Shown here in pieces: positions 1-12,859 of a stretch of DNA of 42,901 nt. The notes beneath the pieces were generated by a model. It had not been told where the DNA came from. It searched no databases and was given only the letters and a program-made list of their open reading frames with translations. Every line of letters begins with the position of its first letter. The first letter of the stretch is position 1. Where the stretch lies: assembly GCF_001194135.2 (NCBI RefSeq), contig NC_068993.1, positions 1,793,747-1,836,647 of the forward strand, in the 5' to 3' direction. The DNA is from Octopus bimaculoides (taxonomy: Eukaryota). The position numbers were made by a program, and so were the translations under genes.

Positions 1-28
<28 letters not shown>
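1..28. repeat. (TA)n microsatellite running off the window start
   Basis: Direct reading. Confidence 0.95.
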
Positions 29-33
<5 letters not shown>

Positions 34-980
34 GTATGGTATATGCATTCATCGCATGCATCTTATATTCACGTTTCTGTAAAACGCACGCAGACACACA
101 CATACACACACACTCCCTGTCTCACATATCTGATCCAGAAGAAGTGCTCAATACAGTCATAGAGCACCATAGTTTATTTAAGCTAATCCAGTGTCCAGTT
201 ACTCTGGAATTTCCACGTTATGTGGCCGCTTCTTGAGACAAGTCTAAATAGTTTCGATTCCTATTATTTATATTATGCATATTTACATATATTCACATAC
301 GTACACACCCACACACATATATACCATATATACGCACATATTAATACCGATAGTTAAACACGCATGCATATATGCATCTCCACTCACTCAAATGCATACA
401 TACGAAACGCATGTTGCACGTGCATGTGCGCGTGTGCATGTGTACGTGTGCATATGTATGTGTACGTATGTATATGTGTGTTTATGTGTATGTGTGTGTG
501 TGTGTGCGTGTACATGCGTGTACTAATCCTAATTTAATGAAGCAGTAATTCTATATTTTAAGCGAACCTAATTGAAATACACGAAATAAAGTTTGGAGGT
601 TTGATGCCAGAAGATGCAAATTCTTCGTTTATTTAAGAGTATGATTGATTCAACCATAATTGTTTGCAACAACCAATTTTCAAAGACCTTATCAAAATCA
701 TCCATTTGATGCCTTTTGTACTTTATTTTCTGTTTCCTCAGAGAGAAAGGAACTTCTTCTCTAAATATATTTAATCATAAAGAAATTATAAATTTCCGGG
801 TTATTACTTCCCGTCATCGTTTGCCAGTCTTTTGCCAGAATCCATCCTGACTATATTCTTCATCTGCGATAGATGAAGTGTTTGGAAGTGTTTGTCTTGG
901 AAAAAAAAACGGATTACTTGTAACTGGCCCTCCACATTCTTCTCATAGTGCCGGGCACCTGGTTCTGAGACAATGAGTGC

Positions 981-990
981 GTGTGTGTGT

Positions 991-1041
<51 letters not shown>

Positions 1042-1113
1042 AGGGAGAGAAAGAGTGTATGTGTGTGTGTGTGTGAGAAAGAGAAAGAGGGAGAGAGAGA
1101 GAAAGTGAGAGAG
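981..1113. repeat. Compound (GT)n/(GA)n microsatellite
   Basis: Direct reading; longest pure (GA)n at about 993-1035. Confidence 0.9.
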
Positions 1114-2554
1114 ATTAAGTGGAAATAGAAAAGTGGAGAAAGAATGAAAGACAGTTCTATCGACTAATCTTGTTCACTCTTCATTTCGTATCACAAGAAT
1201 AGCTGAAATGATCACATGGTCACTACGGAACCCATACGATATAATAAAATAAATTTTTTTAAATTGCGGCTCCAGCTTGGTCGTTGTGTAATGACTGAGA
1301 TAAGTGACTAAGAATGAAAGCAGTACAGCGTAGAGTAAATACTTCATTGAATTTGTACTCATTTGAGTACCGATATCATTTGAGTAAATGGAACGCCTAA
1401 TCTAAGTCCCTGTCACGTCAACCTCTCGTATCGCGAAGACGATATCAGCTCTTATGCAACGTCTTTAGTTTGAAGTTTTGCTCCTTGTACGGACAAGTAT
1501 AGACTTGAGTAGTTTAAATGTTGATTCATTGTGTAACCTTCGTCTTCAGTTCTTTTTAAACAAGATCTCTGTAAAAGAGAGAAATGAAATTTCAGCTTTG
1601 GTACAATGTTTAGATTAGCATAGACAGCGTCTATTGTTGGTTGTATCAGAGACTAGACAGCCATTGTAAATATTGCAATATTGATCATGTAGCTTACAAT
1701 TGACAAATTAAATGGCAGCTCTGAGATTTATTGATCCAGAATTTATTCCTTATTAAATAAATAAAATTAATTTTCTTTCACTACGAGAATAAATTCAATA
1801 TTCTTCACCCGCCACCATCACCATCACTACCGCCACCACCACCACCATCGCTTTCTTAAATAAATTGATAGCTCGGAGCATATAAATAGATTTAACATTA
1901 CAACCATGTAAAATAGCAGATTTCTTCTGATAGAGAAAGTGATTTCAGATAGTTTTAATGAGGCTAGCACTGCTAAGCAAATTTGTAATTTCCTGCAAGC
2001 ATACACACCAATAAATCTGAAGTCTTTTAAACTATCAACGATTATTTTATACATCTATGTTGGATATAAATAACTTGTTTCTCACTATTATTGTGCATTG
2101 GCCAAAAATATCGGACACAAATCTCAATCCTTTATATGTTCTATTTTACCAATTTCTTTAACCGTGTTTTTCTATGAAGGTGAAGAAAAATGTATTAAAT
2201 ATTCGGTATGGTTTTAATCTTTTTAACAAGGTGTTGGAGGGGGAGGAAGTAATGGTAAAGTGCTGGAGAGAATGTTCTATAGAATTTGATTTTATCGATT
2301 TATATTCTAAATTCAACATTGACTGGGTTTCATTTGGTTTTTCTCTCTCTCTCTGGTGTCAATAAAATAACTACCAGTAATTTGGAGGGGCCAATTTTTT
2401 CAATCGACAATCATGCTTTTTTGGCAATGAATGATATTTATTTTACAGAGAAGCATTCAGACAGTTATGCGGTTTAAATGATGGAATTGCTGGGTAATGA
2501 GTTCGAATTTATTGCTTGCTTTGGCAAGAATACTGAAACACATGAGTGAAGGTA

Positions 2555-2556
<2 letters not shown>

Positions 2557-2589
<33 letters not shown>
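2557..2589. repeat. (GA)n microsatellite
   Basis: Direct reading; lies just before the SINE fragment at 2597. Confidence 0.95.
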
Positions 2590-2593
<4 letters not shown>

Positions 2594-2596
2594 ACT

Positions 2597-2711
2597 GTCA
2601 TCACTTTCCGGGTCGATGAAATAAGAACCGTTCGAATACTGAGATCGATGGAATCGATTTACTCGCTGTCCCGAAATTGCTGGCCTTGTGCCAAAATTTG
2701 AAAGTGATATT
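2597..2711 (+). mobile_element. 3' half of a tRNA-derived octopus SINE
   Basis: ttccgggtcgatgaaataagaacc..tactg aligns with the reverse complement of 4998-5050 in this window. The tail tggccttgtgccaaaatttgaaa matches my recollection of an abundant octopus SINE (recalled, not searched). Confidence 0.75.
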
Positions 2712-3041
2712 GAAACAGGACCGAATACAAAGTAATGCGTAACATTTAGGACGTGACTCCTTGTCAGACGTATTTGTGGTTCTACCTTTTGACTGGAGAG
2801 TGCAAAAATGAGGACTCTTTGAAGGACGGAGCTGCAGATGTAGAAAAAGACAGAACACGTGACGCTCATTATATTCCCAATAAACAGGATCAAATAGTTG
2901 AAGTTTGATTGCTCTCATGGCTAAACCTGGCATGGTCAACCTCTGGTGCGGCACAGTCACACCTGTGTGTGTGTGAGTGTGTGTGTTTGTGAAACATAGC
3001 AAAATGTTGAAGACAATTAGAATAGGTAAAGCTAGAAGCAA

Positions 3042-3140
3042 ATGATGATGATGATGATGATGATGATAATAATAATAATATTAATGTTGATGACGATGAT
3101 GATGATGCTGAAAAAAACATATAACAACAATAACAACAAC
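3042..3140. repeat. Compound trinucleotide repeat (GAT)n/(AAT)n/(AAC)n
   Basis: Direct reading. Confidence 0.85.
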
Positions 3141-3289
3141 AGTAGCAACTACAGATCGATGAACTGAATCAAGTTGTTTTAATAACAATCAAATATTCTG
3201 ATGCGATCAACCAAAACAAGCAGCAGAATGCCTGCTGAATTATTTAGTATGCAAAGTATTGGCGTGTGCGTATATGATGTATATGAAAT

Positions 3290-3638
3290 CATATATATAT
3301 ATATATATANNNNNNNNNNNNNNNNNNNNNNNNNNNNNNNNNNNNNNNNNNNNNNNNNNNNNNNNNNNNNNNNNNNNNNNNNNNNNNNNNNNNNNNNNNN
3401 NNNNNNNNNNNNNNNNNNNNNNNNNATACAGATATACACACATACATATATATACATACATATATACACACACACATATATATACATGCATATATATATA
3501 TATATATATACATACACACACACACATATATATACATGCATATATATATATATATATATATACATACACACACACACATATATATATACATACACACACA
3601 TATTTATCTGACTATTTATCTATAATTGTGAGTCTGTG

Positions 3639-3676
<38 letters not shown>

Positions 3677-3803
3677 TATATATGAGTATTTATATATGCG
3701 TTTGTATGTGTGTATATATATCTTCAGATTCATATACATAAATATATAGTCTTATATACAGGTAAATACTTTACATACTCAATAACTCGCTAGACATTCA
3801 CAC

Positions 3804-3863
<60 letters not shown>
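3290..3863. repeat. (TA)n/(CA)n compound repeats, including a higher-order unit of about 50 bp repeated at 3430-3600; N-gap at 3310-3425
   Basis: Direct reading; the unit catacacacacacatatatatacatgca(ta)n recurs. Confidence 0.9.
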
Positions 3864-4235
3864 NNNNNNNNNNNNNNNNNNNNNNNNNNNNNNNNNNNNN
3901 NNNNNNNNNNNNNNNNNNNNNNNNNNNNNNNNNNNNNNNNNNNNNNNNNNNNNNNNNNNNNNNNNNNNNNNNNNNNNNNNNNCGAGATTAAACAATAATT
4001 GAAAATGGCGTTGTTGATATTTTTTTGCCCCTTATACAAGAAACAAATGTGATTTAGTCTAAAGCAACTGCGGAGACAATTTATTTAAGTTGAACAAGTT
4101 TTCTAGTTCGACACAAAACTACATTTTTGAAATTTTATTTTCTTCCTCGTCTGTTGAAATATTCCACAATACCAAACAATCGACTGATTTCTCAGTAGGA
4201 AACGTTTCCAGTACATACATAAAACATATAGATAT

Positions 4236-4240
4236 ACACG

Positions 4241-4297
<57 letters not shown>

Positions 4298-4453
4298 ATA
4301 TATGTTTCTGTGTATGTATATACACATGAATATATATATGTGTCTATATATATAAATTTATATACATGTATATATATTTATGTATATATATACATATATA
4401 TATGTATATATGTATATATGTATATATGTATACATATTTATATACATAAAACG

Positions 4454-4502
<49 letters not shown>

Positions 4503-4600
4503 CATACATATATACAGTCATGCACACACATACACACAGAGACACACACACAGGCACACACACACACAAGCACGCACATAAGCAGACAGATATATATTAT
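4236..4600. repeat. (CA)n followed by TA/CA-rich low-complexity sequence
   Basis: Direct reading. Confidence 0.9.
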
Positions 4601-4997
4601 TTAGACGGTAAATTCAGAAAAGTATGTAGAATAAATTACATTTTTAAATTTGTATTTCCAGGCGGATTAGGTGGTAGGAAGTGTGATTGGGCAAATCTCT
4701 TGTGGTAACAAGATTATGACAGTGGTGATGATGGTGATGATGATGATGACGACGGCAATGACGACGGTGACGACGACAACATGGTGATGATGACGATGAT
4801 AATAGAGTGATTGATTAACCATCGACAGTTATATTAGTTACAAGACGTCGGATTGTTCATGTGTTAAACATGGTTCTTTTCTTTAGTCTCAGGCCTGCGT
4901 GGTTGCCCTAGGGCTACACAACAGCAACACTAGGATTACTGCATCAAAACTGGTCAGCAGTTATAAGGGAAGGTTTTTAGGCCTTACTGTCGTTTCT

Positions 4998-5158
4998 CAG
5001 TACTTGAGTGGTTCTTTATTTATCGAGTGCCCGGAAGAATGAAAAACAAAGTTGATCTTGGCGGGATTTGAACTCAGAACTTTAAAAAAGGAAACCAGGA
5101 AAAAATACTGCAAAACATTTTCCCCCAACGCTCAGATGCTGCTGCTATCTCGCTTCCT
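4998..5158 (-). mobile_element. Degenerate tRNA-derived SINE (head plus central domain)
   Basis: Minus-strand B-box-like GAGTTCAAATCC at 5075-5064. The head resembles 22508-22593 (gcgag..aaaatg..gttctgagt) and the body resembles 2597-2645. Confidence 0.7.
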
Positions 5159-6042
5159 TATACCTGTGTAATATTGTAAGTTAACCACAATGCTATTATG
5201 GTAAAATTCACAGTTGGAATCCATAGCTTTTCCAACCAGAAAGGAAAGTCACTGACAGATATTTGTATGAGTTCTGTGTGTTGTGCAGTTAATTTGTTCA
5301 ACAATAAATAAAATAGACAGCAAATGACTCTAAGCGTTGACCTCGATACATGGTCAGTCATTTGTGGAGTACGGTTCTCTTTGATAGCCACATCGCATTT
5401 AAACAACGATTGAACATCTTATCATATCTGTCTGCTGTTTTCTGATATTATAATTCGAAATACATAACATAATTAGCAACGATGCATTATTAACGGACAG
5501 TTTGATGTGCACGGAATATTTGTTCAACAAAATCAAACGCTATATAAAGAAGGTTGATCTGTAAAATTAACTTTTGAATGCAGTGAACCAGTGATTAGAG
5601 CGTCAAACTAACGACGCTATAGTTCACAAAAGCATGATTAAAACAAAAAACAAAACAAAACAGAAAGTTTGTTTCAGTCTGCCAATGTAGATTTTCCGAT
5701 CTATCAACTTTGCATTTGATTAATTGCTGTGGTCGCTTCAGTGACCGCTTCACTGGACAGTTTTGATGATTTAATTGGATAGTGAAGTGTCTAGCAGAAA
5801 CTATTAAGACACTATTTCACTTCAAATGATACACCGACCTAATGAATGTTCATTGAGGAAAGTCTTCTACCGATACTACTACATTGCGTTACAATGGTAA
5901 GATAGAAAGATGGAACCGGCAGCAAATAGGTAAAAAAAAGATTCAGAGTTCAGATGGAATTGGTGGAAATGTTTTAATCGACTCAGTAAAACGGTTTGAT
6001 CTTAGTTGAGATGCCAAAGTTAAGTGGTGTGTTCAAAGTTAA

Positions 6043-6653
6043 GTGTGATGTGATGTAGCGGTCACGAGTCGAAGAGAGGTTGCACTTCAGGTCAATATTA
6101 TTGTTTTCTTCAACTTTTCGCGAAACACACCTATGCACAATTTTCTTTTGATATGCTGACCGTTACACATCCAGGTTTTCTTTGAGACATGTTAGTCCGG
6201 CTGTTTTGAGGTTGCAGTGGAGTTCACACGGAAAAGAGTGCTTCCTGAGGAGCTCGCTGCCGACATATAGGATGTTGGTCTCTTCGCTTTTCACCACTAA
6301 GTTTATGTATTTGTGTTTGCTGTTGTTTAGTAAGTGCCGTATGAGAGATGCAATACACCGTTCGAAGGCTGTCGACACTGACCTCAGACCCTTACCTCCT
6401 TCATCTCTTTTTTGGTAGAACCTGTGAATATCACCGTTTCTGTGGAAGTTTCCAGTTCATATCATGATCTTGTGGATTTAATGTCTATGGAGTGGATTTC
6501 ATCTACAGACCAGTCAAGTGTTTCAAATGTTGGAATCAGCGCTGATACTGAAAATACATTGTGAGACATTGCTTTGTTGTAAGAAGAGAGTTCCGGCTGC
6601 CATATTTTTCTTAGTTTAGTATGATATTTTTGGATTACTCCATCTTTATCCAC
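6043..6653 (-). mobile_element. Decayed internal fragment of an R4/Dong-type (RLE) non-LTR retrotransposon ORF: end of RT, thumb and post-RT region
   Basis: Minus translation with one frameshift near 6460: ..KLRKIWQPELSSYNKAMSHNVFSVSALIPTFETLDWSVDEIHSIDIK / TGNFHRNGDIHRFYQKRDEGGKGLRSVSTAFE..RYITSH. This matches the family pattern KIW.SEL...NK...N.FAVP....FG...W....DIKTRK...HxxSDxDRLYxxRKEGGRGL (pattern recalled, no search run). Internal stops are present. Confidence 0.85.
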
Positions 6654-7921
6654 AGCCCCTTCGCATGATATATTTTCATAAAGGCTTAGGCATGTGTAGC
6701 ATTATTTGTATTGAACGAACAGGGGAGATTAAGAGACTGTTGATGCAGATATTTTGCGTCTGGGGAACTGATTTTCCACTTTCAACAATAATCAAATACG
6801 ATCGTTTCTTTTGGCTAAATTTCATTCCTATCTCAGCTGAAAATGTTATCAACTCAAGATGTTTTTGGCATATATATATAACTTAGATAACGACGCACAC
6901 AGTTCCAACAATGAATCTAATGAGGTACTAGAACTTCTAAACACAAATTCTCATAACGACCGCAAACCTAATCAATAATATTAGCACAAGTAGCTCTAAC
7001 CCCTCTTTTTGTAGAGAGATTATTGATAACGTGGATCCTTATTATAACAACGTTTTAGCTAAGAGGTTAGTGCATGCTATCATATTTTGTAAGTAAAGTG
7101 GCTGAATCAGAGTTTGGTCACTGCGCATCTATAATAGGATCTACCATATTAGGCCCATCCATATGTACATACGGCCCAGTTGAAGTAATTGAGTAAGGGC
7201 TTAGTTTAATTATAGCAAATGTATCCTTGTGCGGTTATCTTGAAATGACAGGACATTCAGGCTTATATTGTAAAAATATATCATGAATTATCAGAAGTTT
7301 GGTTTTTAAAAGCAAAGAGACTGCACAACGGAGAGCATGTCCCGCGCAATACAGTTTCTTTAAAGCATGAGGAATTTCTAATCTCAGTCAGTTTGTAATG
7401 GTAATATTAAAGAATTCGTCAAAATTTCATTCCGTTATCATTTCCAAATATAGCAGATATCATTAAACAGCCATATGTTACAAGATCTGGCCAAGGTGTA
7501 AAATCTAAGATCATCCATCCATGATGTTGCATTGAATTAAATGTTACGTATTGATTGATTGAATGTGTATGTATTGGAAGTTGATCTATGATTACAATTT
7601 CGATACTATGTGATAGAATTATTGATCATTCGATTGGATATATTTACATATAATATTGACCCAAAATGTGCATATGATTACAGTGGGTCAGTGAGAAGTG
7701 TCACATAATTTGAATCTCAGCATGAAGCAATTTTATCGATCTATCGATTCTATAATCTGTAGGATACTGTATTTGTCAGAATTGGACATGGACGGAATTT
7801 AATTAATTTCTCTCTTTTCGAAAAGGAGAGAGACGCCATATTATACCTAGTTATGTGGGAGTTGTTGCCCTTCCATTATAATAAGTACATGGGTATTTTT
7901 AAATATTACTCTATTAATATG

Positions 7922-8068
7922 TATTATCAGACGAAACTAATCCGTCACTCTTGTCATCAGATCAAACTACTCCATCATTCTTATTATCAGACCAAACTAC
8001 TCCACCACTCTTATTAGACCAAACTACTTCATCACTGTAATTATCAAGCCAAACTAAGCTATCACTTT
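7922..8068. repeat. 30-bp minisatellite, about 5 diverged units (consensus near tattatcagaccaaactactccatcactct)
   Basis: Units at 7922, 7952, 7982, 8012 (27 bp) and 8039, read directly. Confidence 0.9.
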
Positions 8069-9220
8069 TATCTATCAGACAAGCTAACGAGAGAAGCCTA
8101 CTGCAAAGCGACCCCCAGGTCTCTTTAAAACCTCACTTAAGTGCTTTGGAAAGGAAAGACTGTAGTCCCAGATACATCTAGAAAATATGGGGAGGTCCTT
8201 TGGACAACTGGATCAAGAAATGTAACTCATAGCTACTGCCTAATTGAAAATAAATACTGTCAATAAACAGCACATATTTCTTAGTAATCTTATCAGATGG
8301 TAAACGATCAGAGACGTTGAACTTGTTAAAGGTTAAATGTTGTTTGAGATTAGTACGATAATGAACTTATAAATATTTGAATGAAACTTGTTTTTCAGCA
8401 TTGAAATTTTTTCCCTTTTATTTGGCATTGATACAATTTAGCGTCAGATACTTTCTTCTGGTGTTTTAATTCTTCACTAAGCAATATTGAACCAAATATT
8501 TCTTTCTGGTGTCATATTTCCTGACAGACCAATTTGGACCAAACATTTCCTTCTCGTGTTCTTTATTTTGAATCAAAATAATGCTGATATAATGTTTGTT
8601 TTTCAACCATCCTCCTCTGTTTCTTTAGACTATGTTGGTTTCTATGATATATTACAGTTCCATAAATGGTAATTGGAAACAAGCTGGCATCACAAAAATG
8701 ACTTTATTGGATTAAAAAGAGATATTTATCTGGTATTTATCAATAAATGAGAATGATAAAAAAAGTGATATAATTAAATTTTAAATGGAAAATTTTTAAC
8801 GGCTGGTCAAATAGTACGTCTACCGTTTTGTTAAAAAGCCAGGAGTTAAAATCTTGTTTAGTGTTTATATTTTGGGAAAGACACTTGCTTGTCCTTACAG
8901 AGAATCAATGAAGAGACAAGTCAACGAAGGTGGCTTCTGATAGTCTGACTTGTTAGAATTAACAACTAAATCTCCTCCAAATCGTAGTTGGTGTCATAAA
9001 ACCGAAGATCATATATCTGTTCAACAAGGAATAACTTGGAGATAAACAACATCAACATGATATTACAACAACAAATGAGGAAGCTATCCAATGATACAGT
9101 CTCTACATGGCCGCCATAATTGCTAAAAGTTAAAAGCAAAATTTTTCTAAAATAAGACAAGGCTGTCTTAAAAATGTCACAATTGGAAATGTTCATTATA
9201 AATCAACTATATCTGACGAT

Positions 9221-9481
9221 TGTCATGTATATCCCAGTTTTTGAATTAGTACACTGTATCATTGCATGTCATAGAAGTGACTAAAAAAGTTTGTGAGAGG
9301 AAGAGCATCGGGTTGTGTTGTGTCGACGCCCCCAGGCGAAGAAGTAGGATCTCCCAAGACATATAAACAGAGGTAGTCTGGCCGTGGTAAGATTGTTGGG
9401 TAGCAGTCGAGTAGCAGTTGTGTATCGGTTGAGTAGAGATCATCCGAAGGTGGTAGATAGCAGTAGCGTTGAGACATAACA
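9221..9481 (+). mobile_element. LTR of an LTR retrotransposon (probably Gypsy/Ty3, mag-like), about 261 bp; no gag-pol found behind it
   Basis: Begins TGTCATGT and ends ACATAACA (7/8 terminal inverted match, TG..CA). TATAAA at 9362-9367. GC-richer than its flanks. A PBS follows after a 1-nt spacer. The 5' boundary is less certain (alternative TGTCAT at 9267). Confidence 0.7.
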
Positions 9482-9482
9482 G

Positions 9483-9495
9483 TGGCGACGAGGAT
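9483..9495 (+). promoter_or_regulatory. Primer-binding site TGGCGACGAGGAT, complementary to the 3' end of tRNA-Ser(GCU)
   Basis: 13-nt complement of ..AUCCUCGUCGCCA, the metazoan tRNA-Ser(GCU) 3' end as I recall it, placed 1 nt after the LTR-terminal ACA. Confidence 0.8.
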
Positions 9496-10807
9496 TCGCA
9501 GCTCACACAACCACTGAGTAGTATTGCGATATAACAGGTTGTAACAACCTGCCTGAAAAATTCTATCCAATTCCCAACATTACGGAAAAGCAGACATAAA
9601 ACATTCATTATGTTGAATGGTAATTCTGAAGAAAAGTGAGGTTAGTCTCGACTAAATATTCTTGATCATAGATCAGCATTAACTTCGGGTTACACGTCAA
9701 TTATGAGGAGACAAAAGTTCACTCAGGTGTTATGAATTAGATTCCCAGGAAACTGACGAATCATTAGGAAGTATGGTAAGACTGGTTCTTCTGTCATGAA
9801 AACAAGAAAATTCTTATTTTTGCGATTTAATTATTTAAAAGTCAGACTGTAAAAATATTAAACCATATTGAAGTTATCAATATCGTGTAAGTATCTCAAT
9901 TTTCCAATCATATTCAGTTAATTAAACATCGAAATTAGAGATTTCTTTTATATGGAGAAAATAGACGGATGACATAAGTATTTAATTATATAATAATTAG
10001 TTTTCTAAAATTGATGAATTAGAAGCAATTAGCATGATTTCGCTTACATTAACATGTGCTGTAAACTTGAGTAAAAAAGAAATGTCTAATTCACGTCAGC
10101 ATTTTCTTTTGTCAAATTGCCACGAATTTCGTAGATTTAACATTTCTTATCATTTACATCAGACATTAATATCTGGAACTTATCCAAATTCTTATCCACT
10201 TAAAATGGCTTTTGTTTCAATGCCAAACAAATTTTGGTTATTTGAAAAATCATCTTCTAACAAAGTACATTAATTAATTTTAACAATTATGAATAATTAT
10301 TGTAGCTTATCTTTCTGTTCTGTCAGTTGATATACTGTTGTGTAGGTCGGAGATAATGTTATATATGTCTTGGATAATATTTCCGAGTAAAGAAGCAGGA
10401 TTTGATTCCTACGCTCTTTAATATCTACAGAAAACAAATCTAAATTGAAGAAACTTTTGAGTTTTGGAAACGAGTTTTGCCAACCGTGACACACACACCT
10501 GCTGTTTACATCAAAATTATTTTCACTGCAATAGAGACGATTTAATTAAGTATTTGTAACTCTGAAGTTTGGTGAATTCTACATTTTGATAGTTTTACTT
10601 CATTAAGAAGAATCATTGACAATAACAGCCTAATTTTGGGTGGATTTCCGATAAACCTATAATCAGAAACGTTCCATCATAATGTTTACATATATTTTCA
10701 AACGTTAACTTGTTATCTCGAGAAGACAAGTTTCACTAAATACAACGTATAGATCTGTTTGATATCTCCAATCTGCTTATTTGTTATTTGAAAACAATTA
10801 AAATATT

Positions 10808-10900
10808 TTTGTACTCAGCAATAACAAGAACAACATCAGAAACAACAACAACAACGATAACAACAACATCAAAAACACCACCACCACCACCACCACCACC

Positions 10901-10932
<32 letters not shown>

Positions 10933-10942
10933 CAACAACAAC
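10808..10942. repeat. (AAC)n-(ACC)n-(AAC)n compound microsatellite
   Basis: Direct reading. Confidence 0.9.
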
Positions 10943-11509
10943 ATGTCATTGTCCACTTCTAGGAAAACATTTCTTCGATGCATCTGTTCCTAATAACATC
11001 AACGTAAGGTTTGCTATTTTTTCACGTTATTCACCTCAATGAATGTGGAAGGCATCTCACAAATATCTAACCGAAGACAATCTGGTTTCGAATTTAACAA
11101 AGCACTATACAATAATACCTCGTAGAACGAGTTCCATTCGTTCCATGACCGAGCTCGTCTTACAATTTACTCGTTTTACAAATCAATTTTCCCTATTGAT
11201 GTTTTTCTGTATTGAAGTTTTCACACCCTACACATTTTCTAATGTATCCTTCATTTCTTAAGATAGCAGAGTGTCATTTGAGGGAGATTTCACTACTGTT
11301 TCTGACACATTGAGTGAACACTTTGTTCACAGAAGCGTGGTTACGAAGTTTGCTCCATAACTACGTTGAACTAGCCTTGGGGACGACGAAGGTTTAAAAA
11401 ACTGTGAAAGAATAGGAACTTGAAACCACGTCTTGAAGATTCAGTGAAGATTGTCTGGCATCAGGTGTTATCTGTAAATTTGTATATGTGGATATATGAA
11501 TTTATGCCC

Positions 11510-11517
11510 GCGTATAT

Positions 11518-11571
<54 letters not shown>

Positions 11572-12227
11572 ACATACATACATATATGTATATATATATA
11601 TATATATATACGTTTTAGGAAGGTGCTGGTTGTATGGCGTATACTTCAAATATGATGACGTCAGACTCATCTTGTGTTTGTACGCAATTTAATATCAATG
11701 CGTTGTCAATGTTCCCACTTCTGAGTCTCTCACTCTCTATTTTTTCTCTTTCCCTTTCTCTTTCTCTCTGTCTATCTGTCTCTGTCTCTCTCTCTCTCTC
11801 TATAATATATATATATATATACATGTGTATGTGTGTGTATGTGTGTATAGCCATATGTATGTGTGTACTTATACGTGTAAACAGACATATAAACGAATAT
11901 ATATGCGTATATGTATGAATGACTGTATGACTATTTGAATCCACATCTAACACTATAAACTACGAACATTTTTGCATGCGTGCGTGGGTGTATGCATGTG
12001 TGTGTATGTGCGTGTGAACGTGCATGTATATGTGTGTGTGTATGTGCTGAGAATTTGGTTTGTCGATGCATGTGTGTGAAGTTTTATGTAAATTGGTGTA
12101 AACAGAACTATAAATTTCTTCAATATGATTATGGGTTTCTATGTACGTTTGTATGTGTGTATGTATATGAACATTTTAATGTGAATAGTCGTGGATGTGA
12201 TATATGTATATATATATATATATATAT
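11510..12227. repeat. TA-, CT- and GT-rich low-complexity block, followed by the N-gap 12228-12801 and (CA)n at 12802-12856
   Basis: Direct reading. Confidence 0.8.
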
Positions 12228-12801
12228 NNNNNNNNNNNNNNNNNNNNNNNNNNNNNNNNNNNNNNNNNNNNNNNNNNNNNNNNNNNNNNNNNNNNNNNNN
12301 NNNNNNNNNNNNNNNNNNNNNNNNNNNNNNNNNNNNNNNNNNNNNNNNNNNNNNNNNNNNNNNNNNNNNNNNNNNNNNNNNNNNNNNNNNNNNNNNNNNN
12401 NNNNNNNNNNNNNNNNNNNNNNNNNNNNNNNNNNNNNNNNNNNNNNNNNNNNNNNNNNNNNNNNNNNNNNNNNNNNNNNNNNNNNNNNNNNNNNNNNNNN
12501 NNNNNNNNNNNNNNNNNNNNNNNNNNNNNNNNNNNNNNNNNNNNNNNNNNNNNNNNNNNNNNNNNNNNNNNNNNNNNNNNNNNNNNNNNNNNNNNNNNNN
12601 NNNNNNNNNNNNNNNNNNNNNNNNNNNNNNNNNNNNNNNNNNNNNNNNNNNNNNNNNNNNNNNNNNNNNNNNNNNNNNNNNNNNNNNNNNNNNNNNNNNN
12701 NNNNNNNNNNNNNNNNNNNNNNNNNNNNNNNNNNNNNNNNNNNNNNNNNNNNNNNNNNNNNNNNNNNNNNNNNNNNNNNNNNNNNNNNNNNNNNNNNNNN
12801 N

Positions 12802-12859
<58 letters not shown>

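Noticed and set aside
1354-1370. Short inverted repeat gtactc-attt-gagtac
   Set aside because: A 6-bp stem is expected by chance many times in 43 kb of AT-rich DNA.
7922-8068. Regularly spaced direct repeats as a CRISPR-like array
   Set aside because: The units are contiguous with no unique spacers, in a eukaryotic context. It is a minisatellite.
9259-9570. 103-aa minus-strand ORF with a varied, protein-like sequence (and the overlapping 120-aa ORF at 9246-9608)
   Set aside because: It is antisense to the LTR/PBS; the higher GC content explains the lack of stops. No homology recognised.
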